A program made the translations under genes and the position numbers. A stretch of DNA of 47,437 nucleotides from NCBI GenBank assembly GCA_035402725.1, contig DAONDU010000001.1, positions 1-47,437 of the forward strand. The letters run 5' to 3'. This document shows positions 1 to 9,811 of the stretch, one piece after another; the stretch's first letter is position 1; every line of letters starts with the position of its first letter. Source of the DNA: Paludibacteraceae bacterium (GTDB lineage Bacteria > Bacteroidota > Bacteroidia > Bacteroidales > Paludibacteraceae). The notes under the pieces were generated by a model. That model did no database searches, had not been told where the DNA came from, and saw only the letters and a program-made list of their open reading frames with translations.

Positions 1-109
1 TACGGCATTATATTAGTAAGAGGGAAGGAATATTTATATTTTGGTATTAAAAAAAATAGACACGAAACGTTTTTCTTTTGTTCTATGAAAAAAATATAAT
101 GACTTTAAA

Positions 110-143
110 AAAAGGAAGGGCTTTTCACAAAGCCCTTCCTTTT
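110..143. terminator. Bidirectional intrinsic terminator hairpin
   Basis: Perfect 15-bp stem AAAAGGAAGGGCTTT (110-124) / AAAGCCCTTCCTTTT (129-143) with loop TCAC. The A/T runs are built into the stem ends, with three further A's (107-109) upstream. Confidence 0.7.
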
Positions 144-492
144 AGGTATTAGTTAATTTTTCTAAGGTATAAAAAAGATTGTGTTGTTTAGTTAACGTCT
201 GCAAAGTAAAAACAAATTCCAGTACAAAACAAATAAACAAATATGTTATAAAACCTGTTTTTAAGTATATTTTAACAATTTTGTATTAAATTTCTTATCA
301 GAATTAAGTTTTGAATGTTCATTTGTCATATTCTTATTGCACATGAATATGTGATTTCTACACCAGCAATCATACCCGTTTTACTATTATTTTAAGCAAC
401 AGGGTAAGATAGTTTTAATACCACGATATTAAAAACACGAATGAACATATCTTGAAAAAATCCATAACTTATCTGGTGCTGAAAAAATATTG

Positions 493-500
493 TATCTTTG
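493..500 (+). promoter_or_regulatory. Bacteroidota-type -7 promoter box (TAnnTTTG)
   Basis: TATCTTTG lies 38 bp upstream of the ATG at 538. Confidence 0.45.
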
Positions 501-537
501 TTTTTAAATATAATCCTGTTAACAATCAACTATCTCT

Positions 538-1506
538 ATGCGAAACCTATTATTCATTAGTCTGATAATCATGGCTTTTTCATGTTCGAGCACCGGAAAT
601 AAGACAGAAAATAAAGCAGAAACCGTTCAGGTATCGGTACCTGAATTTTCAGCCGATACGGCGTACAAGTTTGTGAAAACACAGGTTGATTTCGGTCCAC
701 GCGTACCCAATACTGCTCAACACAAAGCCTGCGGAGATTATCTTGTATCAGCTCTTAAACAGTTTGGTGCAACGGTCACCGTGCAGGAAGCCAGCCTCAC
801 CGCCTTCGATGGCACCACGCTGAAATCAAAAAACATTATCGGATCGTACAATCCGGATGCTGAAACGCGCCTGTTGCTTTTTGCACACTGGGACACACGC
901 CCCTGGGCCGATAACGATACGGATGAGAAAAATCATAAAACTCCGGTACTCGGCGCTAACGACGGTGCAAGCGGTGTGGGAGTACTTCTGGAAATAGCAC
1001 GCCAGCTCAACAGACAAAAACCTTCAGTGGGCGTTGACATCATCTTTTTCGATGCTGAAGATTACGGAGCATCTGCCGGAAATGAAGACTCGTGGTGCCT
1101 GGGTACACAATACTGGGCTAAAAACAAACATATTCCCAACTACAGAGCACGTTACGGCATATTGCTCGATATGGTCGGCGCTCCACAGGCAAAATTTTAC
1201 CGCGAACAGCTGTCCGATAATTATGCAAAATACGTAGTGGACAAGGTATGGTCCAAGGCTGCAGAACTGGGTTTCAGCAATTATTTTGTAAACAAACCGG
1301 GCGGTGCAATTACCGACGATCATCTCTACGTTAACCAGTTGGCGGGAATTCCGGCAATAGACATCATTCAGTATGATCCGTACAGCATGACCGGATTTGG
1401 TAAATACTGGCATACCACTAACGACACGATGGAAAATATCGATCCAGTAACACTGAAAGTAGTGGGAACAACCTTGCTGCACGTAATATTTAACGAAAAA
1501 CCATAA
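538..1506 (+). CDS. M28-family zinc peptidase-like lipoprotein, glutaminyl-peptide cyclotransferase-like
   Basis: Lipoprotein signal peptide MRNLLFISLIIMAFSC. Metal-site motifs FAHWDTRPWAD, GANDGASGVGVLLE and FFDAEDYG are typical of M28 / type-II glutaminyl cyclase proteins. Confidence 0.75.
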   Translation: MRNLLFISLIIMAFSCSSTGNKTENKAETVQVSVPEFSADTAYKFVKTQVDFGPRVPNTAQHKACGDYLVSALKQFGATVTVQEASLTAFDGTTLKSKNIIGSYNPDAETRLLLFAHWDTRPWADNDTDEKNHKTPVLGANDGASGVGVLLEIARQLNRQKPSVGVDIIFFDAEDYGASAGNEDSWCLGTQYWAKNKHIPNYRARYGILLDMVGAPQAKFYREQLSDNYAKYVVDKVWSKAAELGFSNYFVNKPGGAITDDHLYVNQLAGIPAIDIIQYDPYSMTGFGKYWHTTNDTMENIDPVTLKVVGTTLLHVIFNEKP

Positions 1507-1513
1507 AACACTG

Positions 1514-2608
1514 ATGGACAAGACTAATATCCGGTATAAAAAAGTAGCCGTAAAAATCGGCAGTAATGTACTCACCCGTCCGGACGGCACCCTTGACATT
1601 ACACGTATGTCGGCACTGGTTGACCAGATATCTGTTCTGCATAAACTGGGCGTACAACTGGTTCTTATATCTTCCGGTGCAGTAGCCTCGGGCAGAAGCG
1701 TGATGGGCATTTCGAAAAAAATGGATATAGTCGAACAGCGCCAATTATTTTCGACGGTCGGACAGGCAAAATTAATCAACCATTATTGGGAACTTTTTCG
1801 CGAACACGGAATTGTTGTCGGTCAGGTACTAACCACAAAAACTAATTTTGAAGGACGGTCGCAATATCTGAACCAGCGAAACTGCATCCGCATAATGCTG
1901 GAAAACAAGGTAATACCTATTGTGAATGAAAATGATGCTGTTTCGGTATCCGAACTCATGTTTACCGACAACGACGAACTCTCAGGCCTGATAGCCTCCA
2001 TGCTCGGAATGGAAGCTTTGATTATTCTGAGCAATATCGACGGTATTTATAACGGCTCTCCTTCCAATCCGGAATCAGCCGTTATCCGGAAAATAAGGAA
2101 AGGCGAGGATATATCTGACTTTATTCAGACTTCCAAATCGACACTGGGTCGCGGGGGAATGCAGACGAAAACTTCCATTGCGCGTAAAATTGCAGACGAA
2201 GGAATAGAAGTTATTATTGCCAACGGCAAACGGGAGAATATTCTGATTGATTTGCTCGATAAGCAAAAAGATACAGTCTGTACGATCTTTGAAGCATCAG
2301 CAACGGATGTTTCGAGCGTTAAAAAATGGATTGCACACAGCGATGGATTTGCCAAGGGTGAGATTCATATTAATGAGAATGCGGAAAAAGCTCTTTCGGG
2401 TCCAAAAGCCACCAGCCTGCTGCCGGTAGGCGTTACCCAAATTACAGGAACGTTTGAAAAAGATGATATTGTAAAAATTGTGGGTTCAAACGGGAAAATA
2501 ATCGGAGTGGGAAAAGTACAGTACAATAATGAGAAAGCCAGACAACTAATCGGTAAAAAAAATCAGAAACCGCTGATACATTACGATTATCTGTACATCG
2601 AAGATTAG
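1514..2608 (+). CDS. proB: Glutamate 5-kinase with C-terminal PUA domain
   Basis: Amino-acid-kinase motifs (VKIGSNVLT, ISSGAVASG, NENDAVS, FTDNDELS) plus a PUA-like C-terminus (LLPVGVTQITGTFEKDDIVKI). Starts 7 nt after the upstream gene. Confidence 0.9.
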   Translation: MDKTNIRYKKVAVKIGSNVLTRPDGTLDITRMSALVDQISVLHKLGVQLVLISSGAVASGRSVMGISKKMDIVEQRQLFSTVGQAKLINHYWELFREHGIVVGQVLTTKTNFEGRSQYLNQRNCIRIMLENKVIPIVNENDAVSVSELMFTDNDELSGLIASMLGMEALIILSNIDGIYNGSPSNPESAVIRKIRKGEDISDFIQTSKSTLGRGGMQTKTSIARKIADEGIEVIIANGKRENILIDLLDKQKDTVCTIFEASATDVSSVKKWIAHSDGFAKGEIHINENAEKALSGPKATSLLPVGVTQITGTFEKDDIVKIVGSNGKIIGVGKVQYNNEKARQLIGKKNQKPLIHYDYLYIED

Positions 2609-2724
2609 CGGATGAAAAGCGGATTATTTCCGATTATTCCGTTTCTTATTTCTTTTTTGAGACTTTCTTCCACTTTATCGGATATCCGGACTTTGCCGAA
2701 AGCGCCAAAACCGATAATATGTTT

Positions 2725-3003
2725 TTAGCCGTTAATGGTGAAAGCGGTTGTGGAACAGACAAGATAGTTGTTGGCCGAAATACAGTCATCAAGTAAACTG
2801 TCGATATACCTGTTCCCTATTTCAAATCCAAGGTCAGTGAGCAGATTTTTCTTCAGGCCTAAATCAGCCATCGTATTTTCGACTATTTCACCGAACTTAA
2901 TCCTTGCGGCTTCCTGATGCTGCTGTTCGTTCGGATTAGTCGCCCAGGCAAACAGAACCAGAGCTATCACAGTTAAAATGATGAAGTAGGTTGTTTTTCT
3001 CAT
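2725..3003 (-). CDS. Small N-terminally membrane-anchored protein of unknown function
   Basis: 92-aa ORF with one N-terminal hydrophobic helix (TYFIILTVIALVLFAWA). It lies 6 nt downstream of the TrmH-family gene on the same strand. Confidence 0.5.
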   Translation of the reverse strand: MRKTTYFIILTVIALVLFAWATNPNEQQHQEAARIKFGEIVENTMADLGLKKNLLTDLGFEIGNRYIDSLLDDCISANNYLVCSTTAFTING

Positions 3004-3009
3004 TCTATA

Positions 3010-3774
3010 TCATTTCTTATATGTTTGCCTTCTGAATTCGGCAACCGTAATGGCGGTTGCAATCCCCACGTTCAACGATTCGGAGGCGACTGTTCCCGGT
3101 GCAAAACAGGGAATCTGTAATCGTTCAGTCACCAGTTGCTCCACTTCAGCAGAAATCCCCTGTCCTTCATTGCCCATTACAATTATCCCATTCCTTTGCA
3201 AATTTCTATCGTAAATATTTTCCCCGTCCATGAAAGTACCATAAACAGGAATTCTTCCTTCCAGTTGACGCAAAAATAACGGCAGCTCAACATAGTGCAC
3301 TTTCACATTCGCGATAGCGCCCATGGTAGCCTGAATGGTTTTGGGATTGAATACATCGGCTGAATGTGTGGAACAAAATACATGTTCGATGCTGAACCAG
3401 TCGGCTAAACGGATGATTGTTCCCAGATTTCCAGGATCCTGAATATCATCAAGCGCCAGGCTCAACTTGCTGCATGTTTCCTTTTCATCCCACAGGTGAG
3501 CGGGTTTTTCGAAAACAGCCAAAACTCCCTGCGGTGACTTCTGAAAAGTGATCTTTTTATATTCATCGGTAGTAATTTGCTCATTTTCGGCAGCAAAACG
3601 GGAAAAACGTTCAATATCAAAACTATCGGTACATACTGCCAGATACCGGCAGCGAAGATGTGGCAGTAAATCCGAAACAAGTTTTACTCCTTCGGCAACA
3701 AACAGATTTTGCTCATCCCTGTTCTTCTTCATTTCCAGTGAACGGATCCATTTTATCTTCGATTTTGATATCAT
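3010..3774 (-). CDS. TrmH/SpoU-family RNA 2'-O-methyltransferase
   Basis: SPOUT motifs DIQDPGNLGTIIR, IVMGNEGQGIS and ESLNVGIATAI. Confidence 0.85.
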   Translation of the reverse strand: MISKSKIKWIRSLEMKKNRDEQNLFVAEGVKLVSDLLPHLRCRYLAVCTDSFDIERFSRFAAENEQITTDEYKKITFQKSPQGVLAVFEKPAHLWDEKETCSKLSLALDDIQDPGNLGTIIRLADWFSIEHVFCSTHSADVFNPKTIQATMGAIANVKVHYVELPLFLRQLEGRIPVYGTFMDGENIYDRNLQRNGIIVMGNEGQGISAEVEQLVTERLQIPCFAPGTVASESLNVGIATAITVAEFRRQTYKK

Positions 3775-3826
3775 AATTCAGGCAATATATTCGTTCAATT
3801 TCTTCTTACAGTCTTATTTTACGTTA

Positions 3827-3834
3827 CAAAACTA
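3827..3834 (-). promoter_or_regulatory. -7 promoter box (TAnnTTTG on minus strand)
   Basis: The plus strand reads CAAAACTA, which is TAGTTTTG on the minus strand. It lies 53 bp upstream of the ATG at 3774. Confidence 0.4.
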
Positions 3835-3857
3835 ATAAAGAAAACGAGAATAAAGCT

Positions 3858-3865
3858 TATATTTG
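3858..3865 (+). promoter_or_regulatory. -7 promoter box (TAnnTTTG)
   Basis: TATATTTG lies 42 bp upstream of the ATG at 3907, divergent from the trmH-like promoter. Confidence 0.45.
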
Positions 3866-3906
3866 CAAAAGTTTTTGAGTATGACTGATATTGCTCAGTA
3901 TATAAT

Positions 3907-6177
3907 ATGAAATTTTCAAAAGGTTCATTGTTTCTTATACTTGTACTTGGATTGCTTGCCTCGGCATGTAATCCAACGAAATATGTCCCTGACAATGAAC
4001 ATTTGCTGAATGATGTAAAAATTGAAACTGACAACAAAGCCATCCCGAAAGAAGATATCAGTACATACATCCGGCAAACACCTAACAACGAGATATTTGG
4101 GATTTATAAAATGCAACTGGGCATTTATAACCTCGCGGGCGCTGACAGCAGCAAATGGATTAACCGGAGATTAAAAAAAATCGGCGAGGAACCCGTAATC
4201 TACAATCCATCACTGACTACAATTACCGAAAAGGAAATTACAAAGCTATTCAGTAACAAGGGTTATATGGATGTGAAAGTGAACAGTGAGGTAAGTTTCC
4301 CGAAAGAAAAACTGGCTGATGTAAAATATTCAATTCAATCAAATGAACCGTACAGACTGAACAGCTATTCGGTTAATATAAATCAGCCTGAGCTTTCGGA
4401 TATTGCATCAGACACTGCTGCAAGCCTCATTAAAACAGGTAAACTTTTTGACAGCGATGTTTTCGACGAAGAAAGGGACCGGATTACTTCCAAATTCAGA
4501 GAGCTTGGTTATTACAACTTTACCAAAGATTTACTTCATTATTATGCCGACAGCAGCCTGGTTTCACACAGAATAGATTTGGTGCTGGAAATGAATGAAC
4601 AGCTGAAAAAATCGGATGAAAGCATCAAAGAGCGTATTTTTCAGCAATATACCATCAACAAGGTCCATTTTTACTGCGAATCGGATAAATCAACTGATGC
4701 TGTTAATTTAACGCCGGAGCTGGATACACTTGTCCTTGGTGACTACGAACTGGTGTATGAAAACAAACGCAACATTCGTCCGACTGTGCTGATTGAACAT
4801 ACGCTCATCGTCCCCGGAAAGCCCTATGGCGACCGTTCGGTTGAACGCACATATAGCTCGTTGAATTCGCTGAGCTCGATCAAATATGTAAACGTAAGTT
4901 TCCGCGAAATTGCAAACGACAAACTGGATTGCTACATCGTAATTACTCCCAATAAACTGCAAACCATTTCCGCCGATGGTGAAATCACCTATTCGTCGGG
5001 TTACTGGGGATTTGGAGGCAATATAAATTACGGACACCGCAACGCCTTCAAAGGCTCTGAAACTATTTCGGCCAAAGGCAGACTTGCCTACGAATATCAG
5101 GGCACCGGACAAAAAGCCATTGAAGTCGGCACAGACCTTGGCTTGAAATTTCCAACTTTCCTGCTGCCGTTTTCGAGTCTGGATATGAGGCGAAATATAC
5201 GTGCTAATACCGAAATTACAGCTACTTTCAGTTACCGCGACCGTCCGAAAGAATATACAGGTATTGTTACCGGAACAGGTTTTAAGTACAGCTGGAGTGA
5301 AAAACTACAGGTGAAACACAATTTTGACGTGCTGGATATCAGTTATGTGAATTATCCGAAAATTACCGGCGAATATCAGAATTACATCAATTCAAACCCT
5401 GCATTTGCCTACAACTTTCAGCCACACCTTATCATGCGAACCGGTTACAATGGCTCGTACAGTGGTTTCAATGCTGCTCAGCCGTTAAGAAACTACACCA
5501 CCATGAATTACGGTATCGAAACAGCAGGAAATATTCTTCAGGGATTGAACTCCGTTCTCAACGCGCAGCGTGATTCGACCGGTGCCTTCAAAGTTTTTGG
5601 TATCCGATATGCTCAATATGTCAAAACTGATTTTCAGATAGCCCATTATCAGATTTTTGATGCAAACAACCGGCTGGTTTATCACGCCGGACTGGGAATA
5701 GCAGTACCGTACGGAAATGCTGAACGAATGCCATTTGAAAAACGCTTCTTTTCCGGAGGCGCTAACAGTGTGAGAGGCTGGACGGCCTATCAGCTTGGAC
5801 CGGGAACGTACAGAAGTCCGGGTAATTACGTGGATTACAACACACAGATGGGTGACATAAAACTTGATCTGAATATGGAGTACCGTACCAAACTTTTCTG
5901 GAAACTCGACGGTGCGTTCTTCCTGGATGCAGGAAATATCTGGACAATACGCAATTACGAGGCTCAACCCGGTGGTGTTTTTCGTTTTGATAAATTTCTC
6001 GGACAACTTGGAATTGCTTATGGAACAGGTATCAGAGCCGATTTTTCTTTCTTTGTGTTGCGTGTCGATCTGGGGGTGAGGTTGTTTAATCCTGCACTGG
6101 AGCGTACTGAACAATGGCGCACAAATATCAAGGCAGAAGATTTTGCACTCAATCTGGCTATTGGCTATCCATTTTGA
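3907..6177 (+). CDS. Omp85 (BamA/TamA) family outer-membrane protein with lipoprotein signal, TamL-like
   Basis: Lipobox LGLLASAC, POTRA-like N-terminal region and a C-terminal bacterial-surface-antigen barrel ending in an aromatic residue (LAIGYPF). FSGGANSVRGW motif is typical of Omp85 barrels. Confidence 0.8.
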   Translation: MKFSKGSLFLILVLGLLASACNPTKYVPDNEHLLNDVKIETDNKAIPKEDISTYIRQTPNNEIFGIYKMQLGIYNLAGADSSKWINRRLKKIGEEPVIYNPSLTTITEKEITKLFSNKGYMDVKVNSEVSFPKEKLADVKYSIQSNEPYRLNSYSVNINQPELSDIASDTAASLIKTGKLFDSDVFDEERDRITSKFRELGYYNFTKDLLHYYADSSLVSHRIDLVLEMNEQLKKSDESIKERIFQQYTINKVHFYCESDKSTDAVNLTPELDTLVLGDYELVYENKRNIRPTVLIEHTLIVPGKPYGDRSVERTYSSLNSLSSIKYVNVSFREIANDKLDCYIVITPNKLQTISADGEITYSSGYWGFGGNINYGHRNAFKGSETISAKGRLAYEYQGTGQKAIEVGTDLGLKFPTFLLPFSSLDMRRNIRANTEITATFSYRDRPKEYTGIVTGTGFKYSWSEKLQVKHNFDVLDISYVNYPKITGEYQNYINSNPAFAYNFQPHLIMRTGYNGSYSGFNAAQPLRNYTTMNYGIETAGNILQGLNSVLNAQRDSTGAFKVFGIRYAQYVKTDFQIAHYQIFDANNRLVYHAGLGIAVPYGNAERMPFEKRFFSGGANSVRGWTAYQLGPGTYRSPGNYVDYNTQMGDIKLDLNMEYRTKLFWKLDGAFFLDAGNIWTIRNYEAQPGGVFRFDKFLGQLGIAYGTGIRADFSFFVLRVDLGVRLFNPALERTEQWRTNIKAEDFALNLAIGYPF

Positions 6178-6207
6178 TTAATAAGTTAAATGTAACAGCA
6201 CTTTCGA

Positions 6208-6660
6208 ATGAGGATATTGATACAACGGGTAAAAAGAGCATCTGTAACGATTGAAAATCATCTGAAATCGGAAATAAAAACAGGTTTACTGGTATTTGTT
6301 GGCATTGAAGATGCCGATGATGAGAAAGACAGCTCCTGGCTGGCTTCCAAACTGGTGAAAATGCGAATCTTTAACGATGAGAAAGGTGTGATGAACTTGC
6401 CTGTAACAGAGGTTGACGGCGAAATAATGATTATAAGTCAATTTACCCTTCACGCACAAACTCAGAAAGGCAACAGACCGTCTTATATCAAAGCAGCCCG
6501 TCCTGAAAAAGCGATTCCTTTGTATGAGCATTTTTGCAATGAAGTGGAACAACTATTGAAAAAACCGGTGAAAACCGGCGAATTCGGAGCAGACATGCAG
6601 GTGGAATTGATCAACGACGGGCCTGTAACTATCTGGATGGACAGCAAATTGTCAGATTAG
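6208..6660 (+). CDS. dtd: D-aminoacyl-tRNA deacylase
   Basis: Starts MRILIQRV, with SQFTL and NDGPVT motifs. 150 aa. Confidence 0.9.
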   Translation: MRILIQRVKRASVTIENHLKSEIKTGLLVFVGIEDADDEKDSSWLASKLVKMRIFNDEKGVMNLPVTEVDGEIMIISQFTLHAQTQKGNRPSYIKAARPEKAIPLYEHFCNEVEQLLKKPVKTGEFGADMQVELINDGPVTIWMDSKLSD

Positions 6661-6752
6661 CTCTACTAAACAGGAATTGATTAATACTTTTTCAATTACA
6701 ATATTGATTTTCAGATCGTATATACATTTTTATTATTTTTTTTACCAACACT

Positions 6753-6760
6753 AAGGGAGG
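6753..6760 (+). promoter_or_regulatory. Canonical Shine-Dalgarno sequence (AAGGGAGG)
   Basis: AAGGGAGG ends 7 nt before the pssA ATG (6768). No comparably strong SD is visible before other genes in the window. Confidence 0.5.
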
Positions 6761-6767
6761 ATTAATT

Positions 6768-7448
6768 ATGATTAAACACATTCCAAATACGGTAACTTGT
6801 CTCAACCTGTTTTCTGGTTGTGTTGGAGTATGGTTTGCCTTTAACGGGAACTATGAGGGTGTAGCTCTTGCGGTAATTTTTTCAGCAGTTTTCGATTTTC
6901 TGGATGGTATGGCTGCAAGGCTACTCAGAGCTTACTCTCCTATGGGTAAGGAACTTGATTCATTGGCAGACGTAATCAGCTTCGGACTGGTGCCGGGAGC
7001 CCTGATTTTTCATATGCTTTCACCCGATTTATCACACAACTATGCATTTGTAGGGTTTCTGTTAACCATCTTTTCAGCTTTAAGGCTCGCAAAATTCAAT
7101 ATTGACGAACGACAAACCTCTTCGTTTATCGGTTTGCCGGTTCCTGCAAATGCCATTTTCTGGGCAGGAATAGCTTTAGCGTGGTCGGAATGGTTTATTG
7201 CAAATCCATATATCTTACTGGGACTGACTGTGTTTTTCTCCTATTTGCTCGTCGCTGAAATCCCCATGTTTTCGCTGAAATTCAAAAATCTCAGCTGGAA
7301 AGACAATAAAGTACAATTCATTTTTCTGGGTGGAAGCGTCCTGCTAATCGCCATTCTGTGGAAAAAAGCCATTTCTCCGCTTATCATGTGGTACATTCTC
7401 TTATCGGTAATTGTAAATTTCATTCAGGTAAAGAAAGCGGAAAACTAA
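6768..7448 (+). CDS. pssA: CDP-diacylglycerol--serine O-phosphatidyltransferase
   Basis: CDP-alcohol phosphatidyltransferase motif DFLDGMAARLLRAYSPMGKELDSLADVISF. Polytopic membrane protein. Confidence 0.85.
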   Translation: MIKHIPNTVTCLNLFSGCVGVWFAFNGNYEGVALAVIFSAVFDFLDGMAARLLRAYSPMGKELDSLADVISFGLVPGALIFHMLSPDLSHNYAFVGFLLTIFSALRLAKFNIDERQTSSFIGLPVPANAIFWAGIALAWSEWFIANPYILLGLTVFFSYLLVAEIPMFSLKFKNLSWKDNKVQFIFLGGSVLLIAILWKKAISPLIMWYILLSVIVNFIQVKKAEN

Positions 7449-7450
7449 GC

Positions 7451-8395
7451 ATGTCTATTCAAATTTCACATATTTCCAGGTCATTTGGCAATCAGCAGGT
7501 ACTCAGGGATATCAGTTTCAGGATTGATGCCGGGGAAGTTGTCGGTTTTCTCGGACCTAACGGTGCAGGTAAAACCACCACCATGAAGATTCTTGCTGGA
7601 GCGCTCGACTACCAAACCGGGAATGCAGCTGTTTGCGGCATGGAAGTTGCTGATAATCCACTTGAAACGAAGAAGAATATTGGTTATCTGCCCGAGCAAA
7701 ATCCGTTGTATACAGATATGTATGTGAAAGAATATCTGCTTTTCGTGGCTGAAACCTATGGCATTGGTAAAGAAAAATACAAACGGGTTGACGAGCTGAT
7801 TGATCTGGTGGGACTGCGACCTGAATTCAGTAAGAAAATCGGACAACTTTCGAAAGGATACCGGCAGCGTGTGGGTCTGGCTCAGGCATTAATTCATAAT
7901 CCCAAAGTGCTGATTCTTGACGAACCAACAACCGGACTGGATCCTAATCAATTGGTTGAAATACGTAATCTTATCAGGGAAATCGGGAAAAACCGGACAG
8001 TACTCTTCAGCACGCATATCATGCAAGAAATTGAAGCCGTTTGCAACCGGGTGATAATTATCAACAAGGGTGAAATTGTCGCCGATTATACGGATGTAAA
8101 GGAAATTTCTAACTTTGGTAAAAATGATTTTCAGTTGGAAGTGGAATTTTTGAATAAAGTAGAAAAAGATGTTTTAGGTTCGATAAAATCAATTAAAAAT
8201 ATTGATACAAAAGACAGTAAATTGTTCAGCATTACAAGCGAAAAAGACATCCGTTCCGACATTTTTGACTTAGCTGTAAAAACCAACAATAAAATTCTCA
8301 CATTGAAGCCATTGGCAAAAAGAATGGAAGAAGTCTTCAGAGAATTGACCATCGCTCCTGAATCCCCTGGATGGGACTTTAGGAACAAACAATAA
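7451..8395 (+). CDS. gldA: ABC transporter ATP-binding protein, GldA-like
   Basis: Walker [10 protein letters not shown], signature LSKGYRQR and Walker B LILDEPT. N-terminus [13 protein letters not shown] and overall pattern resemble gliding-motility GldA. Start placed at ATG 7451; the ORF-track extension to 7358 overlaps pssA. Confidence 0.75.
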   Translation: MSIQISHISRSFGNQQVLRDISFRIDAGEVVGFLGPNGAGKTTTMKILAGALDYQTGNAAVCGMEVADNPLETKKNIGYLPEQNPLYTDMYVKEYLLFVAETYGIGKEKYKRVDELIDLVGLRPEFSKKIGQLSKGYRQRVGLAQALIHNPKVLILDEPTTGLDPNQLVEIRNLIREIGKNRTVLFSTHIMQEIEAVCNRVIIINKGEIVADYTDVKEISNFGKNDFQLEVEFLNKVEKDVLGSIKSIKNIDTKDSKLFSITSEKDIRSDIFDLAVKTNNKILTLKPLAKRMEEVFRELTIAPESPGWDFRNKQ

Positions 8396-8445
8396 AAAAA
8401 GTAATTCAACAAATATTCCCCCTTCAGGGGGCTAGGGGGCTTTCA

Positions 8446-9465
8446 ATGGAAGAAAAATTTGATATACGAAACAATAAAAATACCGAAAAGGAATTTGAGA
8501 ACGCTTTGCGACCGCTAAGTTTTTCCGATTTCAAAGGTCAGAACAAAATTGTGGAAAATCTCCGGATATTCGTTCAGGCTGCCCGTATGCGTTCCGAATC
8601 GCTGGATCATGTGCTGTTGCACGGACCTCCGGGGCTGGGAAAAACCACCCTTTCGAACATTATTGCCAACGAACTGAATGTGGGATTTAAAATCACATCG
8701 GGACCGGTGCTCGACAAACCGGGTGATCTGGCAGGACTACTCACCAGTCTGGAGTCAAATGATGTTCTTTTTATTGACGAAATTCACAGATTAAGTCCCA
8801 TCGTGGAGGAATACCTCTACTCTGCAATGGAGGATTACCGTATCGATATCATGATAGATAAAGGTCCGAGTGCACGATCCATTCAGCTGGAGCTGAATCC
8901 GTTTACACTCATTGGCGCGACAACACGCAGCGGGCTTCTGACCAGTCCGTTACGGGCGCGGTTTGGCATCAACTGTCATTTTGAATACTACGATACACAG
9001 GTCATCACCGGCATCATCGAACGCTCGGCAAGATTGCTGAACGTGCAGATTGATCACAAAGCTGCTCAGGAAATTGCCGGACGAAGCCGTGGAACACCCC
9101 GTATTGCCAATGCGTTGCTCAGACGGGTACGGGATTTCGCACAGGTAAAAGGAAACGGAACGATTAATCCTGAAATAGCCGATTATGCACTCGAAGCACT
9201 AAATATTGACAAGTACGGACTGGACGAAATTGATAATAAGATACTCACTACCATTATTGATAAATTTCAGGGCGGACCTGTCGGACTTACCACGATTGCC
9301 ACTGCACTCAGCGAAGACCCCGGCACACTTGAAGAAGTCTATGAACCTTTCCTTATTAAAGAAGGTTTTCTGAAACGCACTCCTCGCGGACGCGAAGTTA
9401 CCGAACTGGCTTACAAGCACCTGGGTAAAGTGAAATTCGGGGGAGATATGGGAACATTATTTTAA
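8446..9465 (+). CDS. ruvB: Holliday junction branch-migration helicase RuvB
   Basis: [12 protein letters not shown], Walker [19 protein letters not shown] and [17 protein letters not shown]. Confidence 0.95.
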   Translation: MEEKFDIRNNKNTEKEFENALRPLSFSDFKGQNKIVENLRIFVQAARMRSESLDHVLLHGPPGLGKTTLSNIIANELNVGFKITSGPVLDKPGDLAGLLTSLESNDVLFIDEIHRLSPIVEEYLYSAMEDYRIDIMIDKGPSARSIQLELNPFTLIGATTRSGLLTSPLRARFGINCHFEYYDTQVITGIIERSARLLNVQIDHKAAQEIAGRSRGTPRIANALLRRVRDFAQVKGNGTINPEIADYALEALNIDKYGLDEIDNKILTTIIDKFQGGPVGLTTIATALSEDPGTLEEVYEPFLIKEGFLKRTPRGREVTELAYKHLGKVKFGGDMGTLF

Positions 9466-9484
9466 TTTTAATAAAACCAACAAA

Positions 9485-9772
9485 ATGGATGAACTGGTTA
9501 ACATCAGAACTTTCAGTCAGTCTGCTGATTTTGAAATGGTAAAAGCCTATCTTGAATCGATGGGTATTGAATGTTTCGGGAGAGACGAGATCATCAACCG
9601 CGCCTATCTTGCCAATGTGAACGGGGGTGTAAAACTCGATGTACGTGCCTCACAGGCCGAAGAAGCTATTCGTCTCTTAATTGAAGGCGGATACCTGAAA
9701 CCGGAAGATTTCGAACCAACACCTGAATTAAAATTCGTTGACAAAATTCTGGGCAAATTCAGAAAAAAGTAG
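9485..9772 (+). CDS. DUF2007-like small protein (putative signal-transducing fold)
   Basis: 95-aa ORF whose pattern (FEMVKAYLESMGIECF ... VRASQAEEAIRLL) recalls DUF2007. Confidence 0.55.
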   Translation: MDELVNIRTFSQSADFEMVKAYLESMGIECFGRDEIINRAYLANVNGGVKLDVRASQAEEAIRLLIEGGYLKPEDFEPTPELKFVDKILGKFRKK

Positions 9773-9811
9773 TTTGAACATACTTAAATACACAAAAGAG
9801 CCGATCAATTT

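Noticed and set aside
1024-1779. 251-aa ORF antisense to the M28-like gene and proB. Similar long antisense ORFs lie at 4708-5112, 5485-6114, 20555-21025, 30519-31029 and 33478-33951.
   Set aside because: Each lies entirely opposite a gene with strong, recognisable family motifs. Their translations are low-complexity or Cys/Arg/Ser-rich with no recognisable motifs. They are best explained as shadow ORFs.
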